Assembly (NCBI GenBank): GCA_017503235.1 | Contig: JAFVTL010000141.1 | Coordinates: forward strand, 5,277 to 69,276 | From: Bacteroidaceae bacterium | Lineage (GTDB): Bacteria > Bacteroidota > Bacteroidia > Bacteroidales > Bacteroidaceae | Direction of reading: 5' to 3' | DNA: 64,000 nucleotides | In this document: one piece after another, positions 39,932 through 50,001 of the stretch | How the letters are laid out: every line of letters begins with the position of its first letter | Position numbering within the stretch: position 1 is the stretch's first letter | Notes under the pieces: generated by a model | The model's input: the letters and a program-made list of their open reading frames with translations, nothing else | Databases searched by the model: none | Told to the model about the DNA's origin: nothing | Position numbers and translations under genes: made by a program

Positions 39932-40533
39932 GCATTGAAATGCATCATGCGGCTCAAGTATTTGCCAATGATGTCAAACTCAATATTTACAACACTACCT
40001 ACTTGGAAAGTGTGAAAATTGGTATGCTCATAAGTATAAGGTATAATGGCTACCTGAAAGGTGTCATCCGTTGGGTTACAAACCGTCAGGCTGACTCCAT
40101 TGACTGTTACTGATCCTTTGTCAACAGTCATATAACCGCGCTGTGCCATCTCCTTGTCAAACTTATAATGGAAGGTGTAGTACCAACTACCTTCTGCATC
40201 CTTTATGTCGATACATTTGGCTGTTTGGTCGACATGGCCTTGTACTATGTGACCATCCAAACGGCCATTCATCATCATGCTTCTTTCAACATTTACCTTG
40301 TCGCCTGTCTTCAACAAACCAATGTTAGTCCGTTCAATGGTTTCTTTCATGGCTGTAACTGTATAAGTACCATCTTCAATGGCTACAACAGTGAGGCATA
40401 CTCCATTGTGGGATACACTCTGGTCTATCTTCAGTTCATCTACAAACGAGCATTTCAAGGTCAGATGCAAGTTTTCCTGGTCCTTAACCACTCGCACCAC
40501 TTCTGCATATTCTTCTACAATTCCTGAGAACAT
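39928..40533 (-). CDS. ribE: Riboflavin synthase (alpha chain)
   Basis: MFSGIVEE, SHNGVCLTV, GHIVQGHVD, NGVSLTV. Confidence 0.95.
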   Translation of the reverse strand: MFSGIVEEYAEVVRVVKDQENLHLTLKCSFVDELKIDQSVSHNGVCLTVVAIEDGTYTVTAMKETIERTNIGLLKTGDKVNVERSMMMNGRLDGHIVQGHVDQTAKCIDIKDAEGSWYYTFHYKFDKEMAQRGYMTVDKGSVTVNGVSLTVCNPTDDTFQVAIIPYTYEHTNFHTFQVGSVVNIEFDIIGKYLSRMMHFNA

Positions 40534-40731
40534 ATTTACTTGTTTTATTGATTCTTCTGCAAAGTTACGACAAAAATGTGAAGTAACCGCTATATGAGGG
40601 TTAAATTCAGTTGCAAGCATTCATCGATAAAAATTGGACATTCGTCTATAAAGGGTCCTCATAGTTCTATATGATTTGTAAAGCGCATTACCCCACTCTA
40701 TCTTTGCATCAGTAATTTAAAACAAGCCAAT

Positions 40732-42075
40732 ATGAAAAAAAGAAAACAATGTCTCTCAATCTTGTTAATGGTTAGTTTACCTATCCTGTCACAAGAACCC
40801 GTTCAATGGACTTTGGACAAATGCATCGATTACGCTTTGGAAAACAATATCCAATTGCAACAGAGTAAAATCACCATGAAGGAAAGTGAAGTGGATGTCA
40901 AGTCGGCAAAAGCCAGTCTGTTTCCAAGTCTCTCATTCAGCACAGGCCACAATATAAACAATCGTCCTTATCAGGAAAATATGAATATGATCAGCGGTTC
41001 GGAGGTGATTAGCAGCAGCAACAATACTACTTATAGTGGTAACTATGGACTCAATGCACAATGGACTGTTTGGGATGGCAACAAGAAGTTAAACAATATC
41101 AAGCAACGTGAAACAGCATTGCAGATTTCAAGTCTGGCCATCGATGAAGTAGCCAACTCATTGCAAGAACAAATTGCACAAGTATTTGTACAGATTCTTT
41201 ATGCTAACGAGTCAGTCAAAATCAATGAAAACACATTGGAAGTTAGTAAGGCTACTTATGAAAGAGGTGTTCAGATGTTCAATATCGGCAGTTTGTCGAA
41301 AGCGGATTTAGCGCAGTTGGAAGCTCAAGTTAGTAATGACCAATACCAACTTACCGTCTCCAAAAGTTCACTCAATGAATATAAATTGCAGCTGAAGCAA
41401 TTACTTGAATTGGATGGTTCAGAAGAAATGGTACTAGTACTCCCCGAATTGTCGGATGAGGATATTTTGTTACCCTTATCCGCACAAGAAGAAATCTATC
41501 AACAGGCTTTAGTGCTGCGTCCTGAAATACGTAGTGGAGAGCTGAGCATCGAAAACTCAAAATTAGATGTTAAAGTTGCAAAGGCTGGTTATTACCCAAC
41601 AATCAGCATCAGTGCATCGACAGGAAGTAATACGAATAGTGGCAGCAACCAAAGTTGGAGCAGACAGATGAAATCAAGTTGGAACAATACAATCAGTGTG
41701 AATCTAAGCCTACCTTTATTTGACAACCGACAGAATAAGAGCGCCGTAGAAAAGGCCAAGTTGCAACTCAGCAATAATCAGATGAACTTAATCAACAAGG
41801 AAAAGGAATTGTATCAAACCATTGAAAGCATGTGGCACAATGCCAACAATGCACAACAAGAATACATTGCAGCAGACATCAAGTTGAAAAGCAGCCAGGC
41901 AAGCTATGACATGGTCAGCGAACAATTCAATTTGGGCATGAAGAACATCGTCGAGCTTCTCACAGAAAAGAACAACTTGTTGAGCGCTCAACAGCAACGC
42001 ATCCAGGCCAAATACATGGCCATTCTCGAGAGAACATTATTAAACTTTTATGCAGGTGAAGAAATCAGTCTATAA
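40732..42075 (+). CDS. TolC family outer membrane efflux protein
   Basis: WTLDKCIDYALENN, AKASLFPSL, AKAGYYPTI; first gene of an efflux operon. Confidence 0.92.
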   Translation: MKKRKQCLSILLMVSLPILSQEPVQWTLDKCIDYALENNIQLQQSKITMKESEVDVKSAKASLFPSLSFSTGHNINNRPYQENMNMISGSEVISSSNNTTYSGNYGLNAQWTVWDGNKKLNNIKQRETALQISSLAIDEVANSLQEQIAQVFVQILYANESVKINENTLEVSKATYERGVQMFNIGSLSKADLAQLEAQVSNDQYQLTVSKSSLNEYKLQLKQLLELDGSEEMVLVLPELSDEDILLPLSAQEEIYQQALVLRPEIRSGELSIENSKLDVKVAKAGYYPTISISASTGSNTNSGSNQSWSRQMKSSWNNTISVNLSLPLFDNRQNKSAVEKAKLQLSNNQMNLINKEKELYQTIESMWHNANNAQQEYIAADIKLKSSQASYDMVSEQFNLGMKNIVELLTEKNNLLSAQQQRIQAKYMAILERTLLNFYAGEEISL

Positions 42076-42095
42076 TCATTAAAAAACATACAACT

Positions 42096-43289
42096 ATGAA
42101 AGCAAAAAGAAACATTTTCGTTACAATCATTATGTTAATCGGTATGGGTATTATCCTGTGCTTCTGTAATTCAAATAACACTGTCGAAACATCTTACACA
42201 ACAGAAACAGTCAAGAAAGGAACACTCAGTAACTCAATCACAGCCACAGGAACCATCGAGCCTGTAACCGAAGTGGAAGTAGGTACACAGGTATCAGGCA
42301 TCATTGACAAGATCTATGTTGACTATAATTCGAAGGTGACTAAAGGACAAGTCATTGCCGAAATGGATAAAATCACCCTACAAAGTGAACTTCTGTCAGC
42401 CAGAGCCACTCATGACGGCAACAAAGCTGAATATGACTATCAACTGAACCTTTACAACCGCAACAAGGCACTCTACGAAAAGCAACTCATCAGTGCAACG
42501 GATTTTGAACAGTCAGCCTATAATTACCAACGTGCAAAGAGTACTTTTGAACAAAGTAAAGCGTCTCTTGCCAAAGCGGAAAGAAACCTTTCTTATGCAA
42601 CCATCACTTCCCCCATCGATGGTGTTGTAACAAGCCGTGATGTGGAAGAAGGGCAAACTGTTGCTTCGGGTTTTGAAACTCCTACTTTATTCACCATTGC
42701 TGCTGATCTAACCAAAATGCAAGTTGTAGCTGATGTAGACGAAGCCGACATAGCAGGAGTGAAAGAAGGTGCTAAGGTGGCATTCAGTGTGGATGCTTAT
42801 CCGAATGACATATTTGAAGGTCGTGTAGAACAAATCAGATTGGGAAGCACCATCAGCAGCAGTAATGCAACAAACAATGGAACTTCTGTAGTCACTTACG
42901 AAGTGGTTATTTCAGCCGAAAATCCTGATATGAAACTGAAACCACGCCTTACAGCCAATGCAAATATTTTCACATTATATAAGGATGATGTTATGTTGAT
43001 ACCCAACAAAGCCCTACGCTATACTCCTGATGAAAAAGCAAGTCAAGAATACCAGATTATCGATTGTGATGCCCAGCGAAAAGTATGGACTCTCGAAGGA
43101 AAGATACTCAAGGCTCATGCTGTGAAAACAGGTGCAACAGATGGCATTCAGACAGAAGTATTGGAAGGTGTCACAGAGGGAATGAGCATCGTGACTGAAG
43201 CTGTAGTCAAAGGTGATTTCAAGAATATGAACTTTGCAAATGTTGAACGCAGCCCGTTTATGCCGGGACCTCCAGCAAGTAAGAAATAA
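42096..43289 (+). CDS. Efflux periplasmic adaptor (MacA-like)
   Basis: ATGTIEP, VGTQVSGII, ITSPIDGVV, VDEADI. Confidence 0.92.
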   Translation: MKAKRNIFVTIIMLIGMGIILCFCNSNNTVETSYTTETVKKGTLSNSITATGTIEPVTEVEVGTQVSGIIDKIYVDYNSKVTKGQVIAEMDKITLQSELLSARATHDGNKAEYDYQLNLYNRNKALYEKQLISATDFEQSAYNYQRAKSTFEQSKASLAKAERNLSYATITSPIDGVVTSRDVEEGQTVASGFETPTLFTIAADLTKMQVVADVDEADIAGVKEGAKVAFSVDAYPNDIFEGRVEQIRLGSTISSSNATNNGTSVVTYEVVISAENPDMKLKPRLTANANIFTLYKDDVMLIPNKALRYTPDEKASQEYQIIDCDAQRKVWTLEGKILKAHAVKTGATDGIQTEVLEGVTEGMSIVTEAVVKGDFKNMNFANVERSPFMPGPPASKK

Positions 43290-43308
43290 AAGTAAAGGAG
43301 AAAGAATT

Positions 43309-44061
43309 ATGAAAAAGATAATTGAATTGAACCACATCAAACGGGATTTTATTGTGGGAGAAGAAACTGTACATGCATTGAGAGGAGTTTCATTTACCAT
43401 CCATGAAGGAGAATTCGTCACCATCATGGGAACATCGGGATCGGGTAAGTCTACCTTATTGAATACTCTTGGATGTCTGGACACTCCTACTAGTGGTGAA
43501 TACTATCTGGATGGTGTATCTGTACGAACGATGAGCAAGTCACAACGTGCTACATTAAGGAACCGAAAGATTGGTTTCGTATTTCAGAACTACAACCTCC
43601 TTCCCAAGACAACGGCAGTTGAAAATGTTGAATTACCATTGATGTACAATGCTGCAGTAACAAGTACTGAACGAAGGAAACGAGCCGTTGAAGCACTGAG
43701 GGCTGTGGGATTGGGAGAACGTTTGGAACATAAGTCCAACCAAATGTCAGGAGGACAGATGCAACGCGTAGCTATTGCAAGAGCATTGGTCAACAATCCG
43801 GCCGTAATTTTGGCTGACGAAGCAACAGGGAACCTCGACACACGAACTTCTTTCGAGATTCTAGTCCTCTTTCAAAAGCTTCATGCAGAAGGAAGAACCA
43901 TCATCTTCGTCACACACAATCCAGAAATTGCCCAATACAGCAGTCGTAACATTCGGCTGAAAGACGGACATATCATCGAAGATTCAATAAACAACCAGAT
44001 TTTGTCGGCTAAAGAAGCACTTGAAGCCCTTCCTGTAGCCGATGAAGAAGAAAACAATTAA
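43309..44061 (+). CDS. ABC transporter ATP-binding protein (MacB/LolD-like)
   Basis: [32 protein letters not shown]. Confidence 0.94.
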   Translation: MKKIIELNHIKRDFIVGEETVHALRGVSFTIHEGEFVTIMGTSGSGKSTLLNTLGCLDTPTSGEYYLDGVSVRTMSKSQRATLRNRKIGFVFQNYNLLPKTTAVENVELPLMYNAAVTSTERRKRAVEALRAVGLGERLEHKSNQMSGGQMQRVAIARALVNNPAVILADEATGNLDTRTSFEILVLFQKLHAEGRTIIFVTHNPEIAQYSSRNIRLKDGHIIEDSINNQILSAKEALEALPVADEEENN

Positions 44062-44065
44062 GATT

Positions 44066-45286
44066 ATGAACAGTACAAACTTATTCAAAATAGCATTACG
44101 CGCACTGGCGAACAACAAATTGCGCGCTTTCCTCACCATGTTAGGAATTATTATCGGTGTAGCCTCTGTCATCGCTATGCTGGCCATCGGACAAGGTTCA
44201 AAGAAAAGTATCCAACAACAGATTTCTGAAATGGGTTCTAACATGATTATGATTCACCCCGGCGGTGACATGCGTGGTGGGGTGCGACAAGATGCCTCAT
44301 CCATGCAGACTCTAAAGATAGAAGATTATGAAGCATTAAAAACCCAGTGCAGCCTCTTGGCCAACATCAGTCCAAATGTATCATCATCAGGTCAACTTAT
44401 AGCAGGAGCAAACAACTATCCATCTTCTGTCAGTGGAGTAAGCATTGACTATTTAGGCATTCGCCAACAGAAGATTTCAGAAGGCGAAATGTTTACAGAA
44501 GAAGACATACGCACTTCAGCAAAAGTCTGTGTGATTGGTAAAACCATTGCTGAAAATCTGTTTCCAAATGGAATCAATCCCATCGGTAAAACTATCCGGT
44601 GCAATCAGATTCCTTTCCGTGTAATTGGTGTTCTTGAGTCAAAAGGTTATAATTCAATGGGACAAGATCAAGATGAGGTAGTATTGGCCCCCTACACAAC
44701 CGTCATGAAACGATTGCTGGCACAGACATACATCGGCAGCATCTATGCTTCTGCCCAATCGGAAGACCTGACAGAAGATGCAGTAAATGAAATTGGTGAA
44801 GTATTGCGCAAGCAACACAAGTTGATGCCAACTGATACTGAAGACTTTAACATCCGTACCCAACAAGAATTGAGTTCGATGCTGAATACGACAACCGACC
44901 TTATGACTACCTTATTGGCATGTATTGCAGGTATCTCATTGGTAGTAGGTGGAATCGGAATCATGAACATCATGTATGTATCTGTAACCGAGCGAACCCG
45001 TGAAATCGGTTTGCGTATGTCAGTAGGTGCTAGAGGGGTAGACATTTTGTCACAATTTCTCATAGAAGCTGTTCTAATAAGCATTACAGGGGGATTAATC
45101 GGAGTCATCTTCGGTTGTGGTGCCAGTTACATCATCAAGTATGTAGCCCATTGGCCCATTTATATCCAACCATGGAGTGTGTTGCTTTCCTTTGCCGTAT
45201 GTACAGTTACCGGAATCTTCTTTGGTTGGTATCCTGCAAAAAAAGCTGCAGATTTAGATCCGATTGAAGCCATTCGTTATGAATAA
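44066..45286 (+). CDS. MacB/FtsX-like ABC permease
   Basis: FLTMLGIIIGVASVI, GGIGIMNIMYVSVTERTREIG, LDPIEAIRYE. Confidence 0.94.
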   Translation: MNSTNLFKIALRALANNKLRAFLTMLGIIIGVASVIAMLAIGQGSKKSIQQQISEMGSNMIMIHPGGDMRGGVRQDASSMQTLKIEDYEALKTQCSLLANISPNVSSSGQLIAGANNYPSSVSGVSIDYLGIRQQKISEGEMFTEEDIRTSAKVCVIGKTIAENLFPNGINPIGKTIRCNQIPFRVIGVLESKGYNSMGQDQDEVVLAPYTTVMKRLLAQTYIGSIYASAQSEDLTEDAVNEIGEVLRKQHKLMPTDTEDFNIRTQQELSSMLNTTTDLMTTLLACIAGISLVVGGIGIMNIMYVSVTERTREIGLRMSVGARGVDILSQFLIEAVLISITGGLIGVIFGCGASYIIKYVAHWPIYIQPWSVLLSFAVCTVTGIFFGWYPAKKAADLDPIEAIRYE

Positions 45287-45304
45287 TTGTTTATCTTTGC
45301 TCCT

Positions 45305-46354
45305 ATGAAAACACTGACAATCAAACAACGTCCGCTTGAGATACTCATTCATACCATCAGTTGGCTACTCATCTTTATATTGCCACTGATTGTAACAAAC
45401 CGCGACAGCAGCATCAACTGGGAGCAATACATGAGACAAAGCTTCATTCCATTATGTTGCTTCATCACCTTCTACATCAATTATCTGGTGTTGGTGCCCC
45501 GTTATCTGTTCACAAAAAAATACATTTGGTTCTTCGGATGCAACTTCTTGCTCATCGTTGCTATGACCGGAGTGTTGCATTTCGGAAACCACTTGTTCTA
45601 CCAACATGCATTCAGAGGCTTCATTCACCGAATGCCTCCCCCACCTCGTTGGCCCTTCATCTCGCGTGATTTTGTCATGTTTCTCTTTATCATTGGCTTA
45701 AGTACAGCTATTCGTGTCAGTCTCCGATGGAGAGAAACAGAAGAAAAGTTGGTAGAAACCGAGCGTGAAAAAACTGATGCCGAATTGAAGAATTTGAAGA
45801 ACCAACTCAACCCTCACTTTCTGCTGAATACATTGAATAACATCTATGCTTTGATTGTATTCAATGCAGACAAGGCTCAGGAAGCCGTACAAGAATTGAG
45901 TAAAATGCTGAGATATGCATTGTACGAAGACTTGTCCGATTTTGTATCCCTCAAAAAAGAACTTGAATTCCTTAACAACTACATAGCGCTGATGCGCATC
46001 CGCCAGTCACAGGAAACGGAAATCAGTGTAAATCTAAGTACAGAAGACGAATCACTTACAATCTCTCCACTACTCTTGATTTCATTGATAGAAAATGCTT
46101 TCAAGCATGGCATCAGCCCCACAGAAAAAAGCTTTATCAGCATTTCTGTACAAGGGCATAGAGATGGAAAAATCACTTGTGAAATCATGAATAGCAACTT
46201 CCCCAAAAACAATATGGACAAGAGCGGTAGCGGCATCGGATTAGAACAAGTGAAAAAACGTCTGGAACTGGCCTACCCAGGTAAATACGAATGGGAAAAG
46301 GGAGTCAGCGCCAACAATACTTATGTATCTACTTTAACCATATATACTAAGTAA
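45305..46354 (+). CDS. LytS-type sensor histidine kinase
   Basis: Transmembrane segments, LKNQLNPHFLLNTLNNI, ENAFKHG, GIGL. Confidence 0.93.
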   Translation: MKTLTIKQRPLEILIHTISWLLIFILPLIVTNRDSSINWEQYMRQSFIPLCCFITFYINYLVLVPRYLFTKKYIWFFGCNFLLIVAMTGVLHFGNHLFYQHAFRGFIHRMPPPPRWPFISRDFVMFLFIIGLSTAIRVSLRWRETEEKLVETEREKTDAELKNLKNQLNPHFLLNTLNNIYALIVFNADKAQEAVQELSKMLRYALYEDLSDFVSLKKELEFLNNYIALMRIRQSQETEISVNLSTEDESLTISPLLLISLIENAFKHGISPTEKSFISISVQGHRDGKITCEIMNSNFPKNNMDKSGSGIGLEQVKKRLELAYPGKYEWEKGVSANNTYVSTLTIYTK

Positions 46355-46355
46355 C

Positions 46356-47075
46356 ATGATTCTGAATTGTGCCATAGTTGATGACGAGCCCCTTGCTTTG
46401 GATCTGCTTCAAAGTTATGTTGAGAAGACCCCATTTCTAAACTTAAAAGGGAAATACAACAACGCCATCCAGGCGATGGAAGCTCTGTCAGATGGAAATT
46501 CCGTTCAATTGCTATTTCTTGACATTCAAATGCCGGGATTAAATGGATTGGAATTCTCCAAACTAGTATCCAACGACATTCGCATTGTATTCACTACGGC
46601 CTTCAGTCAATATGCCATTGACAGCTACAAGGTCAATGCACTCGACTATCTGCTGAAACCCATCAATTATGCCGACTTCCTGTCTGCAGCACAAAAGGCA
46701 CTCAACTGGTTTGAATTGCAAGAAAGCAGCAATAACCAACACCAGGAAGATGAACAATTCATTTATGTCAAGAGCGACTACAAGCTGATACAAGTGTCAT
46801 TGGACAATATCCTCTACATTGAAGGGCTGAAAGACTATGTAAAAATCCATTTGGAAAACGATTCGAAAGCAATCCTTTCACTCATCAGTATGAAAGCTCT
46901 CGAAGCTAAACTTCCTCCCGAAAGATTCATCCGCATCCATCGTTCCTACATCGTTCAGAAGTGCAAAATCAAAGTTATTGACAGAGGACGCATCGTGTTT
47001 GGTAAGAATTACATCCCTATCTCAGAAAGCTACAAGCAAGAAATACAAAACTACATAAACAGTTTGTCTGTATAA
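46356..47075 (+). CDS. LytTR family response regulator
   Basis: VDDEPLA, FLDIQMP, FTTA, DYLLKP, FIRIHRSYIV. Confidence 0.95.
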   Translation: MILNCAIVDDEPLALDLLQSYVEKTPFLNLKGKYNNAIQAMEALSDGNSVQLLFLDIQMPGLNGLEFSKLVSNDIRIVFTTAFSQYAIDSYKVNALDYLLKPINYADFLSAAQKALNWFELQESSNNQHQEDEQFIYVKSDYKLIQVSLDNILYIEGLKDYVKIHLENDSKAILSLISMKALEAKLPPERFIRIHRSYIVQKCKIKVIDRGRIVFGKNYIPISESYKQEIQNYINSLSV

Positions 47076-47093
47076 AACGTCACTTTACAACTC

Positions 47094-47132
47094 ATAACTC
47101 TACACTTTACGAGTCATAAAGTGTAGAGTTAT
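47094..47132. terminator. 16-bp perfect hairpin between convergent genes
   Basis: ATAACTCTACACTTTA-CGAGTCA-TAAAGTGTAGAGTTAT. Confidence 0.75.
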
Positions 47133-47154
47133 ACATTATATATTGACAAGTAGT

Positions 47155-48453
47155 TTAAGAGAACAATTGAACGAAAAGGAGTCCCAAGCCAACCGAAACA
47201 ATCGTTGCCACTAATCCGGGCATCATAAACGAGTGATTCAATATCCATTTACCAATTCGGGTAGTACCTGTTCTGTCGAAATTAATGGCAGCTATCACCG
47301 TTGGGTAATTAGGAATAAAGAAATAGCCATTGACAGCCGGAAAGAGTGCTATTAGCATCATGGGTGATATGCCCAAGGCAATACCTAAGGGTAAAATGGC
47401 TCTCACAGTTGCTGCTTGGCTGAACAAGAAAATAGACATCACAAACAAAGCCACTCCAAACAGCCAAGGCATCTCTGTCACCACTCCTTCGATAGCAGCA
47501 GTCAATTCAACAAGATTACCTTTAATGAAAGTATCCCCCATCCATGCAATACCAAATATAGCAATTACAGCTTGCATCCCAGCATTGAATATGCTTCCTT
47601 GAGTAGCCTTTACACCTTTTGTACGGGTAAAGAGCAAGATAAATGCAGCTACTGACAACATCAGCATTTCAATCAGCAGAGGCATTTCCAAAGGTTTTCC
47701 ATCAAATTCTGGACGCAATTGAGGGAAGGAACCAAAAAGTACTATCAAAATAGTCCCAAGAACAAATAAGAAGACAGACAAACGAGCCTTGAAAATATTC
47801 TCTACATCGTTCAACTTAACATGTGATGTCGAAACTCCATCTTGTATACGAGCTTGATATTGTGGGTCATCCATCAATTCCTTTCCAACCTTTAAAGAGA
47901 AGAATGCGCCAACCATCACTCCTATCAAAGTAGCAGGAACACAGATTTTTAGGATATCGAACAACGTTACATCGAATCCTCCTAGAAGACCCAACAAAGC
48001 AACAGTGGCCGCAGAAATAGGACTGGCTGTAATGGCTTGTTGAGAGGCAATAACTGCAATGCCTAACGGACGTTCAGGACGTATCTTTGTTTCAGTAGCC
48101 ACCTCTGTAATAACAGGAAGAACAGAATAGGCTACATGCCCTGTCCCAGCCAGGAAAGTAAAGAAATAAGTAACCAACGGAGCTATTATCGTGATTCGCG
48201 ATGGATGATTCCTTAATATTCTTTCTGCTTGTTTAACCAAATAATCCATCCCACCAGCCGCTTGCATGCATGAAGCAGCTGCAATCACAGCAGCAATCAT
48301 CAGCATGACGTCCATTGGAGGGGCAGTTGGTTGCAAGCCAAAAACAAAGGTAAGTATCATCAAACCGATTCCACCCATTACCCCCAAGCCTATTCCACCC
48401 ATACGGGCACCCACAATAATGGCAACTAAAACAATCAATAACTGTATGATCAT
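47155..48453 (-). CDS. Anaerobic C4-dicarboxylate transporter (DcuA/B family)
   Basis: GARMGGIGLG, RPERP, SQQAITASPISAA, DRTGTTRIGK, NHSFMMPG. Confidence 0.93.
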   Translation of the reverse strand: MIIQLLIVLVAIIVGARMGGIGLGVMGGIGLMILTFVFGLQPTAPPMDVMLMIAAVIAAASCMQAAGGMDYLVKQAERILRNHPSRITIIAPLVTYFFTFLAGTGHVAYSVLPVITEVATETKIRPERPLGIAVIASQQAITASPISAATVALLGLLGGFDVTLFDILKICVPATLIGVMVGAFFSLKVGKELMDDPQYQARIQDGVSTSHVKLNDVENIFKARLSVFLFVLGTILIVLFGSFPQLRPEFDGKPLEMPLLIEMLMLSVAAFILLFTRTKGVKATQGSIFNAGMQAVIAIFGIAWMGDTFIKGNLVELTAAIEGVVTEMPWLFGVALFVMSIFLFSQAATVRAILPLGIALGISPMMLIALFPAVNGYFFIPNYPTVIAAINFDRTGTTRIGKWILNHSFMMPGLVATIVSVGLGLLFVQLFS

Positions 48454-48460
48454 GATACTC

Positions 48461-49909
48461 CTAATTTCTCCTTATATACAAGGAATGAGTGATACATGCC
48501 GGCAATTCTTCCTGATAATGAGTTACCATAATCAATGTCTTGCCCTTACGCATGCAAAATGCTTCTATCACATCCTTTACCAAACGACGATTGTACATAT
48601 CAAGTCCATGCAATGGCTCATCCAATATCAACAACTCAGGATCCTTCACAAAAGTGCGGGCGACCAACACCAATCTCTGTTCCCCACTTGACAACTGAAG
48701 GAAATTATGGTCTTTCAATTCATGTATACCCAATATATCCATCCACCATTCACAGATATGCATCTGCTCTGGATTTGGTCGCTTATACAATCCAACAGAA
48801 TCATGCAAACCACTTGCTACGATATCAATGGCTGGAATATTCTTTAAATAGGCACGATGCATTTCAGGACTTACATAACCGATGTGTTTCTTGATTTCCC
48901 AAATGCTTTCGCCTGTACCTCTTTTCTTGCCAAAGAGAGCGATGTCACAAGCATAACTTTGAGGATTGTCTGCACAAATCAAGCTTAACAAGGTAGATTT
49001 TCCAGATCCATTATCACCACTCAAAGCCCACTTCTCACCTTTATTGATTGTCCAATCCAATTCTTTCAGAATGGTACGTTCACCATAACGGATGCTGACT
49101 TTATTCAAACGGACAACTTCACCATCAGGTTGAACATCATCTGTATAGGGAAGTGAAAGAATTCGCTGCTTTTTCTCATCAGTAAGAACATGATTTGGGG
49201 ATAATTCCATGGAGGATTTATATTCATCCAAAGTCATTTTGGTACCACATTTCAAATCATTCACGGGTATGACGTGAGTAATGAAATCGGGAATTCCATC
49301 TGTTTTGGAAAGGACAAGCACCACTTGCAAAGAAGTAATCTCAATGAGTTTTGAAAGCAATTCCTGTAACATGTCACGCGTTTTCGAATCCAATCCGATG
49401 AAAGGATTATCCATAATCAGCACTCTCGGATTAGTAATCAAGGTCTTGACCAATTGAAACTTACGCAATTCTCCACTCGACAACAATACAATATGTTTGT
49501 CAAGCAATGGTTTCATGTCAAACAAGTCGAAAAGCTTATGCTTAAAAGCCTCATCCGATGTTTCAGGCAATAACTCTCCTACTATTGGAGCCGTTTCAAG
49601 ATCTTGTGAATTCCACCTCTGTTGGTAATAATAATTACCGTCCGTATCTCCATATGAATCACGAAAAGCAATGTATTTGATGTTATCGAAAACCATTTCA
49701 GACACTGCTGGTGAGAAATCATACTTCACTTCATTCATCAACAAAGGCCAACGTCCGATAATAATATCCACCAAACGGCTTTTTCCTCCACCGTTTGGGC
49801 CGACAATAGCTACTTGTTCACCTTTAGCAATGGCCAAATTTACGGGTTCTTTCATCCGAAATTGCGGATGTCGAGGTACACCATTGGCTATTTCTATAAT
49901 ATTTTGCAT
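48461..49909 (-). CDS. ModF-like duplicated ABC ATPase
   Basis: GPNGGGKS, LSSGELRK, GDNGSGKS, SIWEIKKHIG, LSSGEQR. Confidence 0.88.
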   Translation of the reverse strand: MQNIIEIANGVPRHPQFRMKEPVNLAIAKGEQVAIVGPNGGGKSRLVDIIIGRWPLLMNEVKYDFSPAVSEMVFDNIKYIAFRDSYGDTDGNYYYQQRWNSQDLETAPIVGELLPETSDEAFKHKLFDLFDMKPLLDKHIVLLSSGELRKFQLVKTLITNPRVLIMDNPFIGLDSKTRDMLQELLSKLIEITSLQVVLVLSKTDGIPDFITHVIPVNDLKCGTKMTLDEYKSSMELSPNHVLTDEKKQRILSLPYTDDVQPDGEVVRLNKVSIRYGERTILKELDWTINKGEKWALSGDNGSGKSTLLSLICADNPQSYACDIALFGKKRGTGESIWEIKKHIGYVSPEMHRAYLKNIPAIDIVASGLHDSVGLYKRPNPEQMHICEWWMDILGIHELKDHNFLQLSSGEQRLVLVARTFVKDPELLILDEPLHGLDMYNRRLVKDVIEAFCMRKGKTLIMVTHYQEELPACITHSLYIRRN

Positions 49910-50001
49910 CTTTAACACAAATCTTAAAAACGGAGACAAAGGTAACAATTATCTTTGCAAGAACCTTATCTAAATAGGACTAAATTAGCTACAAGCAAGA
50001 T

